From assembly GCA_950097015.1 (NCBI GenBank), contig CATNEN010000038.1, positions 7,068,001 through 7,132,000 on the forward strand: a stretch of DNA of 64,000 bases. The letters run 5' to 3'. The DNA comes from Macrostomum hystrix (lineage: Eukaryota; Animalia; Platyhelminthes). Within the stretch, counting starts at the first letter, position 1, and each line of letters opens with the position of its first letter. Below, in pieces: positions 12,747 through 24,631 of this stretch. Position numbers and translations under genes: made by a program. The notes under the pieces are model-generated. The model was not told where the DNA came from. It saw nothing but the letters and a program-made list of their open reading frames with translations, and did not search any database.

Positions 12747-13039
12747 TTCAACTAATTCCTGTCTGACTAAATTAGACAAAGTCTTCATAATTAAAACTGG
12801 CAGCTGTTTTCTGAGCATTCCTTCCAAATTTATTTAGGACTCTCAGCACTCATAAACGTAGTGCTGTGAGCAGCACAAGGTCACATTTAATGCATAGCTT
12901 TTCCCATTCAGGTGGCACGCTTATTTTATACACAAAATGTTTTAAGCTGGAAGAATTTCTTGTAGTTCTTGGTTAGCAACAGAGAGTTCAAGTAAAAGAA
13001 TGGACGCCCCTAGAGATTTTTACAACAAATATACAACTC

Positions 13040-13232
13040 ACAGTTAAGACGTACCATATCCTCGTTTAGACTAGGAAACCCTAAGCTAGCTTGCGAAACA
13101 TTGCGAACTGCGAGACCGAAAATTCCGTATGAGAATAGATTATCTAGTAAGTGAAGAAAGGAAGTTGAAAACGAGGTCCTGCACTTCCTTTTTAAGTGCA
13201 GTTGGAATGTGTATAGCGCCGCACGTTCGAAT
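13040..13232 (-). repeat. Dispersed repeat of about 200 bp, copy 1 (homologous to 21680-21880); class unknown
   Basis: Shared blocks such as ctattctcatacggaattttcggtct and cgcaagctagctta occur at both loci in opposite orientation. Confidence 0.7.
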
Positions 13233-13832
13233 TTTGAAAAGAACATTTCTAGGAAAACTCCCAATTTCGCATCCTTAACAACAGAAGAGAAATCTAACTA
13301 CATAATGGCACCAGACGATATGGAAACCACTGAAGCTTTAGCAAAGTACATCATAGATATCTCTAAAATAAGTTAACAGCTGCCCTGAAGCTACGAGCTC
13401 GTATTAACATTTAACAATATATTTCATATTTTTTTATTCCTGGTGTCACTTGTGTTTTTACTGCTCATATTTTTAATACCTTTGCTCTTCCCTTCCCAGC
13501 TCAATAGTTGAATCCTACAAAACTTCGCTTTTTATGTTTTTTTGTTGTCCAGTGAAATATTTGTTGCTAAAAAAATAGATAAAAGGAAAAAAATCAGCAC
13601 CACTAGATGGTGTGCGCGTTTTATTAATAATAATTAATTATTAACTGAGGGTTCGATGGGACAGAGAGTAGGCGGGCTGTTGAATTTTATTTATTGAAAT
13701 TTGCACCTCTGAGCGGAGAGAGGAATGTGCTTACAAAAAAGCTGGCTACCTTCACTGTCCTAAAAATGGGCTATTTTAAGTTTAAAAAATGCAATGTTAC
13801 GGAGTTCTCTTCGCATAGTTAGAGTTTGACGG

Positions 13833-14036
13833 ATGGGAGATGAGGCGATTGGAGATGAGGCGATGGGATATGAGGCTATGGGATATGAGGCCATGGGATA
13901 TGAGGCGATGGGATATGAGGCCATGGGATATGAGGCGATGGGATATGAGGCTATGGGATATGAGGCCATGGGATATGAGGCGATGGGATATGAGGCCATG
14001 GGATATGAGGCGATCGGATATGAGGCGATGGGATAT
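13833..14036. repeat. Minisatellite, 15-bp unit (atgggatatgaggcN), about 13 copies
   Basis: Direct tandem repeat; it explains the MGYEA ORFs. Confidence 0.95.
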
Positions 14037-14719
14037 TTATTAATAATAATAGTAATAAAAAGTTAGTAATTCAAATGAGTATTAAAAAAATCTGTTGGTT
14101 TGGAGAGATATAGAGAAAGAATTTTTCTCGCAGTCCTTTGAGAATTTTATCTGCAACCAGGCATTTTTCTGGAAGGCAGTCATGACATCAATGACAGCGC
14201 ACTGAGGCGGCAAAATAGTGAGGCCAAGTCATTTATCCTCGCTCGAATGAACTTTGCGCGAAAAAAAAGCGGTTTTGAAAGACGTCAGCAACCAGCTTTT
14301 CCCGACAGAAAGAATGTTTTGTTGCCTCTGCACCCGCCTAGGCAACAACAGCGGGTAAGAGGGCTCGGAGGAATTGTCTCGTAATATTTTGTCAAGTTTC
14401 AGGCAAAATCGGCCAAGAAAGTATACATATAATTGTCTGCATGCTACAACTTTAGGAATTAAACTCTACTTTTCAAGAGTTAAATTTATCCCTTTCGTCA
14501 TAGCTCGTGATAGGGAAGATTAAAATTATACGCTTGGGAAGACATTCATTTTAGCGTAAAAACACATTTTTCGCCAGCGCTTAAACTACCGCTTTGGTCT
14601 CAGAACAGTTGTTGGTCTTCTCTGCACCATCTCTATTGTATACCTTGCAAGTGTTCCCCTTATACAAATGTAAGGTTTTCAAAGTTTAGGACCATTTTTT
14701 TATAATAAATGTGTCAATA

Positions 14720-15001
14720 GGGGTTGTATCCTAGTGGTTCGGGCGTCAGACTCACGACGTAAACCTCGCGGTTCGATTCCCGACACCACTGAAACAATTT
14801 GTGTCCTTTAGCAAGACACTTAACTCAGCTTCAGTTCACCCAGCTGTTAAATGGGTACCAGCATTAGCTGGGGTAATTGAGGGTGGGTGTGGCGTCTCCC
14901 AGTCCATGGACTGAACCGCTGTACGCAGATTTCAGATGCGCGGCGCAATAGCTGCGGCTGTACTTTTGGCTGGACATCTGGCCCAGTTGGGGGAGGTGTA
15001 A
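14720..15001 (+). mobile_element. tRNA-derived SINE with CORE-like domain (best-preserved copy)
   Basis: 5' tRNA-like head with A-box-like tagtggttcgg and B-box ggttcgattcc. It is followed by tgtgtcctttagcaagacacttaactcagcttcagttcacccagctgttaaatggg, which resembles the CORE/MIR consensus. Three homologous copies occur in the window. Confidence 0.75.
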
Positions 15002-15696
15002 TCAAGTAGTATTATTAAATTAGTTAGTATAGCTGATGGAATCTTTAACTTCCATTTATCTTATGTAATCCGAAATTCTGAACAGAATATAAGGAATTGG
15101 TCTTTACACGCTCGTTTTTCTTGTAGAAAAAACTTTGAGTTTAGCAAAAAAACTTACAAAGTTACAATAAACAATAGGAGTTTGAGCCAATTTCTCAAAA
15201 CATTTGACGCCACTTCATGTAGCAAAAACAATAGTGAATCTTTCTAGGAACACTACCATGCTTAATTTAGTAAAACACGCAGCAACTCTAAGTGTTTTGT
15301 ACTTTTGTCAAACTGGCTTAACTGTCGCGAACATACAGCAAGTCAGTCAGTGTGAAGTAAATTTTCTCTTCCACCCCAATCTATAGTAGATCTAGCCTTG
15401 CATACTCCTACTCGAGCGCGAGTGGCGTCGCTAATTTGTTCATTAGCCATAGTTTTTCCGACAATGCAACTCATACTTTCGGATGAGTTGCCAGATGGTC
15501 GTTAAGTGTGTTGGATGGATTTCTATGATCCGCGTTGCCATAGCAACGCGTCACGTTAATCTGTAGATAATTCATCAATATTTCGGCCACTTTGTTATAA
15601 CAGAGTGTGTTTGCTGTTGTCGTTTGGAAGCATAAAAAGGTTCCCAACCCAGATTTCGCCTCCATGCAATGAGCTTTGCAGGCAGCGAGCTAAATC

Positions 15697-16706
15697 ATGC
15701 CGATGGTGCGAGCTTCAAATCGAACGAAACTTCTTCAAAGACAGCAGAGAGAGAAGAAGCAGGATGATGAACAGCAGCAGCAGCAGCAGCAGCAGAGCCT
15801 GGTCGTTAAGAAGTCGCGTCTGCCCCCAGTGCCGCAGGTTGACAAGAAGTACTTCCAGCCCGATTTTGTGCGCCAGATGCACTGGCGATTAAAAAGTCGT
15901 AGCAGTGAAGATCAGCCGAGCGACATGCTGGGCAGGCGGCGGAAGGCTACGTTGGCCGATCTGGTGCTGCTTCACCAGATGCGACTGAGGTTCGAGGAGA
16001 CTCACTTTGGACAGCAGAGCAACCAGGCCTCCTGGCGGAAGGTGCGCAACACTACTCATGCTTTGTAAATATAAACAAGCCATGAGCAATCAGGTAGGAT
16101 CCGATGTTAGCACGAGTATGTGTAAGTCCACAGTGATTAGGTTTTAAACCTATCTCGTGAGCTGAGGCATTTCAATGCAACATTTTCTGATCAGAGAAAA
16201 AAAGAGTTGTCCTGTGACTTAAAGCTTCCGTGAAACTTGTGATTGCCGCGTCACTAGTGTGGAGAAAACCCGATTGTACTCGTAGTACAAAAACTCATTG
16301 AGAAGCTGAAACTTTTCTCTACAGGTTTCTGAGCGCAGTGAAAAGTCTATGGCTTTGACGGAGTTTAGCAGTCAGGTAAAACTATTTCATACTGGATTCT
16401 GTTGAAATTAAATAAACTATAGTCTGGTTTACTAAATATAGTAAACCAATATTTTTAGTACATATTATACGCATTCACTGCTTACAGACCGTGCAAGCCA
16501 CGGCACACAAAACATGGGAGCCAAATGCAAAAAAATCGAATGAAATTAAATTCGACACAATGCCACGAAGCGGTACGAAGTCTCTTGGTCCTGACGCGCA
16601 GATCGGGTCTGACGACTCAATCCCAGCAGAAAGCGGAGACCTGGATGACAACCTCGACTTGGACGCGGAGCTGAAACAGATGCAACGCTTCGGCCTGCTA
16701 AAGTAG
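15697..16706 (+). CDS. Hypothetical orphan protein, about 204 aa, with poly-Q; putative exons 15697-16041, 16325-16375, 16488-16706
   Basis: GC-rich ORF segments joined by phase-0 GT-AG introns (AAG|gtgcgc, ctacag|GTT, CAG|gtaaaa, ttacag|ACC); no recognisable domain. Confidence 0.5.
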
Positions 16707-17565
16707 CTCTCGCCCTCTTTTCGAAAATAGTTCTTACGCAACTGTCTCTAACGCAGAAAATATTTTTTTTTCATACTAAACTACTACTTGGCTGAACAAT
16801 GTATTTGATAAAAGCAGAATTTTTGTAGCTAAATTTTCCGATGCCGTGTCATTACTTCCCCTTCTCTCTGTGCTTGTTTACGCTCGCGCGCCCTTTTATT
16901 GTACGTTCTCCTCTCTCCCTCTATCTCTTCAACTTCCTAGCCAACCTTCACTTCTCTTTCCCTTCCCTCGTCTCTGATTGGCTAGGTGCTTGTCTCCCTT
17001 TCCTCACCCCTCCTTTTCAGCCCTATGGCCTGTCCTTACTCGTGTACATAGCAATGATAATAATAGTAGTAATAATAGTAGTAATAATCGTGTTACCCTT
17101 CTGCCCCTCCTTATCACTTAGTTTATATACTTGATTCTCGACATTTTCGATACGTTCAGTGCCGTCAACATTTGCTCTTTACTGCGAAGACTAAATTTAT
17201 TAAAAAAAGTAACAACAACCCAGCTTAATTGGCTGCTTTCACATCTCGCATTAAAAGGTTACGCTGTTGTACTTCATTTCCTTTCAATACAGTTTTCCAC
17301 AGTGTTCTCATTACCTGTGGCTTGTGGCAAGAAATTTTCAAAAAATGGAATCTACACCAGTATTCTCCCTATAAGAGCCTCAACCAATGAGGCGATCCAT
17401 GAAGAGCTGAACCACAGCCCGGCTGAACTATTGCCTAGTAACAATATAACAAGACTGAAACAGAAGTTGAAGCAGACTTAATTGCTAAAACTGCGAGGCA
17501 TTTGGTGAAGTTAATGAAGAATCTCAACAAAAACTATAGAAGGTATTCTCGATTGTTAAAACGCA

Positions 17566-20500
17566 ATGCAGTCCAGTGCGCGAAGTCTGTTACTGTCGTT
17601 GTGTCTCGTGTCCTGCTGCATTACCGGCTGCTTCGGCTACAGGTGGGACTATGTGAAGACGGTCTACGATGGAACTGAGTTCATCTTCCGCTATCCGATC
17701 TCAGACAACTCGCCGGCAACTTATGACGATTCTCAGCAGTGCACCACCTTCTCTGCGGAATGTCGGAATCTGACCGAGAACACGCATCGGATATTCACAC
17801 CACTAAACGACACGAGAGCTGCCAACGCGTTTACCAAACTCTTCGCAGAGAAGTAGGTCTTTTATGGCTTTTAAGTAGATAAATGTCCAGTCAGATGATT
17901 GCTATTGAGTTCGTGGAAATGCCTAAGCACACACGCACACCGAACGCAGGCATACGCTCACACATGTGTGTACATCCCTGAGCACACACGCACACATATA
18001 CATGTGTGTACATCAGCAATGACTTTCTCATCGTCAGTACATCATCGTGTACACTTTCACTGTGTCTTGGAGGTTGGTCCTCTCGGGCGTAAATTGCACG
18101 ACAAGCCCCAAAGCCTTCTCTTCGCGGCTGCCCCTAAATGAACGTGGCTTCACCGCGGAATTGAGCTCGGAGACATATTAGTGCGACAGACAAACGCGTT
18201 TACCGCTCTGCCACTCAACCCCCTTCCTTGCAGCGCTACTCTCAGCCTAATTGTTGACGACAAGGAGCTGTGTACCAATTGGACCTACCAGCCCTTCAAC
18301 TATGCCGGTGGGGACCCAGTCCCACTGGCGTGGAACATGTTTGGGCCGAGCTTCACGCCGCCTGCCCAGCAATGGAATACTGGCTCTGTGGACGTCAAGT
18401 CAAATCTGATCGGCATAATGAGGAGCGGCGATGGCTTTGTGTACTCTGCGGCCTTAACTGCCACAATGATGTTCCCAGTATGCGAGTATTTCCCACTGCG
18501 TAGGTCATTTCGCACTGCTCACATTTTACCTCAATTTAATTTAGATCTGAGCTTGTAAATTGCGCATCACATTCTTTGTCTAGCGAACAACTCGGCAACT
18601 GGCAACATCCTAGCCTGCAGTCCCGCTAGCGTAGTACTCAGCTACGACTCGGGAGCGCAGGTGAACCAGAGCTACTGCATGCACGGGACTCAGGTAAAGC
18701 TAGACGCCGACTACAAGGGAGATGCCAACGGCTACACTTTGATCTGCGAGAAAGGCAGCGGGAGACCAGCGCAGGCCGAGAGTGTGGAAAAGCGAAGCAA
18801 GCTCTGGTGAGTGAGCCATCGCGCAGCAATAAAAAATCGGTATGATCGGATAAGAAGGGACATCAAATCTACCGCAATGCAGGTTATAGATGACCATGCA
18901 TCACTCAAATGTCTTTCAAGAATCGCCGAGGCTGTCAATCTCAGAGTTTAGGTACATTTGGTTGGTTCACTAAGTGTCTCCATTAACCAAACGGAGAATT
19001 TTAGCTGACTGGATATGATCGATGCTCATAGCTAGTTAAAACAACATCGTTTCTGTCCATTTTAGCAAAGCCGTCAGCTTTTGCCTGGCTTCGGACAAGA
19101 CAGATTTTATAAACAAAAAAGTGACAGACGTCTCAAGGGAAAAGTACCTGACAATAAACTCTAACGCAGAACAAAGGCGCACAATGTCCCGATTTCGTCT
19201 GTCAAAGCCACAAACTGGCCTGCGAGACATTGAGAACTGCAAGATCAAAAATCGCCTATGAAAATAGTACATTCCCAAAAGTAGGGAACGAATTTAATAT
19301 TACCTAAGGTATTTTTCGAGAGAAACTGACAGAGAAACTCACAGGTGCTGTTCGAAATTTCTAAAGCTTAACAGTCAAGGAACAAAAGCTATATTAAACG
19401 ACATGGGAAATCACGAAAGCAACAGAATGACTATGGGGGCTTCATAGAAGAATAATTAAATTTACGAGGCTCGAAGTTCCACAACCCTGAGGCCATATAG
19501 TTTTATTTTAGAAGGGTTATTGTGACTCGCAAAAAACACGATCGCTACTGTTCTACTGTCCTTTTTCATGAGCAAACAAAATAACTGTCTTTAGATTTCA
19601 GGTTAAATTTCGGTTTTAAGATTTAAATTTTTAATATTTCATATTACTTTCATGCATGCGGTTGTTCTTTTCTAGCACCCAGTTTAATTTCTAGCGCCTT
19701 GTACTCTTTAATTCAAAAGAAATAAATAAATCAGGGCCTAATTTGCGTCCACAGTCAAAAATAAAAATGTATAAATAAGACACCAAATAAAGATAAACTA
19801 AAAAAAGTATTTCTGCAGTTCTGACAGCCGTTCGGCTTCGCTCTCCCAAATTCCCAATCAGGAAATTCCTGAATGAGTCGATCCTACCGCTAAGTACCGT
19901 CGTGAAGAATGGCGATTACCTGATGCTGTCGCTGATGTTCGACACTGGCATAACAAACTGGCGACGTCAGTCCTACTGCCTGCCAGGAACGCCTTGCCGT
20001 TCAAATCTAAACAGTGAAATTCTCAAGCAGGACAAAACCGGCGGACTGATCGTGCGCTACAAATGGAAAGACCTCAAGCCCAAGGAAGTCAAGAAAAACA
20101 ACATCAACCACAAAAGTGGAGTTCTCTGCACAGGTCTGTCGACTTTTCTGATTATTCTGTTGAATCTAAATAGATGAGATTGTAGCAATCAGCAAATTGA
20201 AGAAGTTCTATGTATGTTTGCAGCCATGGCCTGCCCGGACCCACACACTGACGACCTGCTGATTGTGAGGCATCTCCTTTGCAGCTCCTGGAACAGCAGC
20301 CTGACCGCGGCCCAACTCCAGCTGAAGAAGCTGCCCTTTCAGCAGATACAATACTCCTGCTCTCCAGGCTTTGTGTTTTCTGGTGCAGAAGCAACAACAA
20401 CAGTCACTAGGCAGTGTACTCAGGTGATCAAACAAATCTAATAGAAAATCCGTTATTCACTAACAAATGCTAATATAATTGGAGTTTAAAAGTGCGTTGA

Positions 20501-23500
20501 ATTCACGGAAATAAAGATAGATTAGATCAGTGAATTAAATCTTCATGTCACAGGACACCGTCTGGGACAGCGAAATTCCGCTCTGTGTGTCGCCGCCCTG
20601 CCGCGAGATGCCAGCCTACCCGAACAACACCGCCGACATCAGCAGCTTCACTGTCAGTGGCACAACATACGCCTACAGCAGTCAGCAGCTGGCTGGCCGC
20701 CTTGCGAACGGCACAGTTCGGCCGGGTGACCAGATCGCCTTCGCCTGCAAGCCGGGCCTCACCGGATCCGGCCAGGTTACCACCTGTCTCTCTGGCGGCT
20801 CCTGGAGCTCCGTGAGCATGGACTGCTCTCCCGGCTACTGCGGTGGCTCCTCGGTTCCGCCCACTGTGGCCCACTCGCAGGCCAACGCAACCCTGGGCAA
20901 CGCCTCCTGGGAGGGCATCAGCCTGGCCTTCACCTGCAACGTCAACTACAGCGTCGGTGGAGTGCCGGGCGGCGCGCCCGGCTTCGTCATCAGCTGCATC
21001 AACGGCAGCTGGTCCTACTTCGGCAACCTGAGCTGCCGCGCCACCGCGTGCTCGACCCTGCCCCCCGGGCTCGGCAACTCCAGCCTGTTCAGCTCGCTGA
21101 ACCCCGAACAGGCGCTTGCAGGCCTGCCGCCGACCGGAGTCCAGGTGGACGACAGCCTCGGCTACGAGTGCCGGAGGGGCTTCGCTCGGACAACGCAGAA
21201 CCGACGCTTGAGCATCACCTGTCGACTGGGCAACCGCTGGGAGCCGGAAGTTCCCGGACCCTGCCAGCTGCTCAACTGTTCTCAGCCGGAAGCCGTCGTG
21301 CTCCAACCGCAGGCCGCTCGCATGACGCGGCTCAACGCGTCGTTTGACTTTGCCAACAGCTCGCACCTGCCCTACTCAACTCTGGTGCGGCTGAGCTGCC
21401 TGGAGCCGTACTTCCCACAGCCCGGCTGCAGCGAGCTGACCGTCTGCGGCCTCTCTGACAGCAACCCGACGACTGCAGCCTGGCACGGCGTAGGCTCCAG
21501 CCAAGCCTTCAGCTGCCGAAGTGAGTCGATAATAGTTTAAACTATGATGTCAGAGTGATGAGGAAAAGTAAAAGTTTGGCAGCACTGTCATTGTGGACAG
21601 AAGAAAGCACAATTATTATTTTTATTATTTAAACGCGCCGTCATCTGCGGGTGCTGATTTTTTTGATAAGGTCGATTATTCGAACGTGAGGTGCTATACC
21701 TATTCCAACAGCACTTAAATAGGAAGTGGACCTCGTTTTCCACTTCAACTTTGCACTTGCTACGTAATCTATTCTCATACGGAATTTTCGGTCTGGCAGC
21801 TCACAATGATTCGCAAGCTAGCTTATGGTTTCCTGGTCTAAACGAGCATCGTAGAGTAGATCATAACTCCGGGTTACATATATATATTGTACATTTTTTC
21901 GGCTCAAGGAACAGATAGAAGTGACTCAGCTTGCTTGAGTTCTGTGTCCTTCGTCTCTAATTGGTATCGAACTCATGAACTTAAGCTAAAAAGCGAAAGC
22001 TGCTGATTGCTTCAAACTTTCCTCAGCTCATTCTGGTCTCCAAAGATTCTTGCAAAGGTCACGAATTCTCGTCCGACCAATTAATTTACCTTCTTTGCTT
22101 GCTAAAAAACGCTGGGCTGGGCGTGCTCAGACAAATAAAAGCTATTTGCTTAGGCGCGAGTGCAGCCGTCCACACGGCCATCTTGGAGAATCAAAGCTTG
22201 AAGAAAAACGACACACCATTGTGTGAACTGGGAATACATCTGTTCCATTCCCGAGGTATGTATTTATTCAGCCTCTAATATGCAAGTTCTGAGTTCATGT
22301 GGGTTCACCTTGAGAATCTACATCCAATTGCATCATCCGCTTTTTTGACGACGTAAAATTATGAACAGTCAAAAAAGTCTAATCCTGGCAAAAATTAGTA
22401 ATAATTGGACTAATATGTCATGATTGCCTCCTTCGCGCAGAGCACTGCAACAACAGCCAGCTGGCGCAACTCGTGGGCTTCGGACAGGTCGTCTTCCCCT
22501 CGAGCTCCTTCACCGCCCCCGACCTCGCCGCCAACGTGTCCTGCCTGTCCAGCGCCTTCGCCCCGCTGGCTCCGAACTCGAGTCTGCAGGGTGACTCCCA
22601 GGCCTCCCTGCTGGCTGTCTGCAACACCGGCGACTGGACGGTGCTCGACCTGCCCCTCTCGGCGACGTCCGAGATGCTGTGCCAACCGAAGCCCTGCCTG
22701 CTGCCGAACAACCTGACGACATCGACTGTCCTGCCAAGCAACAACCTGGGCAACGTGACCTTGAGCGACGGCCGAGTCTACCTGCCAGTTAACAGCACAG
22801 CCAACGTCACCTGCTGGCCCAACAGCCGCTTCGAGGACGCGATGGAGAACTCGCGCACGGCCACCTGCCGGCTGGGTGAGTGGAGGAACATTGCTCCTAG
22901 GCTAAAAGTGTGTCCTTTTGCTTAGTTTGCTTTTCTTTCATTTTATTGTTGTCAGCTCTTGAAAAAGTGCAGGAATAGGTGATCGTTACTAATCCAGCTG
23001 TGCAGGAATAGGTGATCCTTACTAATCCAGCTGTGCAGGAATAGGTGATCCTTACTAATCCAGCTGTGCAGGAATAGGTGATCCTTACTAATCCAGCTGT
23101 GCAGGAATAGGTGATCCTTACTAATCCAGCTGTGCAGGAATAGGTGATCCTTACTAATCCAGCTGTGCAGGAATAGGTGATCCTTACTAATCCAGCTGTG
23201 CAGGAATAGGTGATCCTTACTAATCCAGCTGTGCAGGAATAGGTGATCCTTACTAATCCAGCTGTGCAGGAATAGGTGATCCTTACTAATCCAGCTGTGC
23301 AGGAATAGGTGATCCTTACTAATCCAGCTGTGCAGGAATAGGTGATCCTTACTAATCCAGCTGTGCAGGAATAGGTGATCCTTACTAATCCAGCTGTGCA
23401 GGAATAGGTGATCCTTACTAATCCAGCTGTGCAGGAATAGGTGATCCTTACTAATCCAGCTGTGCAGGAATAGGTGATCCTTACTAATCCAGCTGTGAAG

Positions 23501-24631
23501 TGGGTTGTGTGCAATGGTGGATGGTTATGCAAATAATTTGCTTGTCTGTGGACATAGGTATTCTGAGATGAAGAGCTAGATCTGTCAGACAAATGACAAA
23601 AAGTCATGGTAGGCAGCTGCATGAATGAGTTACTAGTCAAAGTACTTCTTTTTTAAAGCATTTCTCCAGCCTTTGTCGGCTGAGAGCTTTTATTTAGTGA
23701 GGCAAATGCAAGAGTACGCATGTATTGATCATGTCACGAAATGGAATAGTGATGCATAAAGCAAACAATGACTGGGGTTCTCCAGACCAGATTATACAAA
23801 CCAGTGGTACAATGGGGGACTCAAAATTGAATCTTACGGGAATTATTGAACACGCACAATATCATAGGGACACTGCTTCATCCGAAGTTCCATTTTCTTG
23901 ATTAAATGTTCTTATAATCCTCTCAAACTGTAACTGCCTAACTATGACAAGAGCTATAAAAGACAAATAAACGGAAAGTGAATGCCATTAGTTAGAAAAA
24001 TATGAAATTCGGGGAAGAAAATAAAACTTAAAGATTTGAAATCCGGGACATATAGGGATGTGTAAATTCAGGGATGGAAATTTCAGGGATGTGAAATTTG
24101 GGTTGGGGGAATTTAGGGATGTAAACTTTGTGGATGTGGAATTTGGGAATGTGGACTTTGTGGATGTGGAATTTTTGGGATGCAGAATTTACAGGTGTAA
24201 ATTTTTGGGATATGAAATTTCGTGGATGAGAAGTTTAATTGATGTAAAATTATAGTCAAACGTCCAGCGAAAGCGAAAACGGGGTCCAATTAAGCGGAGG
24301 CTCACATCCAAGCTACTCCTTGACACGTTTTGAGTTGGCCCCAACCCGCCGGTCCCAGGTCCGCATTGGCAGGCCAGCGGATCGCTGAGCTGCCAGCCTG
24401 TCACGTGCTCCGACAGCCAGTTCGGTCTCGACCCCAGCGTGCTGTCGGGGCCTCTGAACGCCAGCAACCTGTCCGAGCAGGTGTCCGGCCCGTTCCGGGT
24501 GGGAGACCGGGTGGCCTTCGTCTGCCGAGCGAACGCCTCCTCGCCCGGCAGCAGCGTGCTGCTCAACTGCACCGCCGGCGCGAACTTCTCGGCATTCTGG
24601 CAGCCGAGCGTCGGTCCACCGCACTGCGCAG
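17566..24631 (+). CDS. Lectin/CCP protein paralog 1: signal peptide + 2 divergent C-type-lectin-like domains + 8 CCP/sushi domains (at least 974 aa); exons 17566-17852, 18234-18499, 18584-18806, 19862-20133, 20224-20423, 20554-21520, 22441-22875, 24359-24631; 3' end uncertain
   Basis: Signal peptide MQSSARSLLLSLCLVSCCITGCFG. CTLD-like patterns (ICEKGSGRPAQAESVEKRSKLWKFL; FPVCEY; GVLC). Sushi patterns C-P...F/YxC..G...C...W....C. All eight exons join in frame through GT-AG introns and match paralog 2 exon for exon. Confidence 0.8.
17925..18205 (+). repeat. Dispersed repeat of about 250 bp (CA-rich head); further copies at about 25572-25820 and 28322-28510
   Basis: Shared blocks cgcaggcatacgctcacaca..tgtgtacatc and gtaaattgcacgacaagcccc..aaagccttctc..tgcggctgc. 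Confidence 0.65.
21680..21880 (+). repeat. Dispersed repeat of about 200 bp, copy 2 (see 13040-13232)
   Basis: Reverse-complement similarity to 13040-13232. Confidence 0.7.
22967..23497. repeat. Intronic minisatellite, 33-bp unit (gtgcaggaataggtgatccttactaatccagct), about 16 almost identical copies
   Basis: Direct tandem repeat; only the first copy shows a visible substitution. Confidence 0.95.
24050..24250. repeat. Degenerate 15-bp tandem repeat (gatgtgaaatttNgg-like)
   Basis: Periodic gatgt..aattt motifs. Confidence 0.6.

Noticed and set aside
14720-14790. tRNA gene
   Set aside because: The tRNA-like head continues into a shared SINE body found in three copies; the cloverleaf is imperfect.
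20548-21366. Long minus-strand ORFs over the CCP exons (also 30208-31164, 31763-32269)
   Set aside because: Stop-poor antisense frames of GC-rich coding exons; no independent features.
22897-23640. 247-aa TAGLVRITYSC ORF and similar ORFs from the 15-, 20-, 21- and 49-bp arrays
   Set aside because: By-products of tandem repeats lacking stops; intronic or intergenic.
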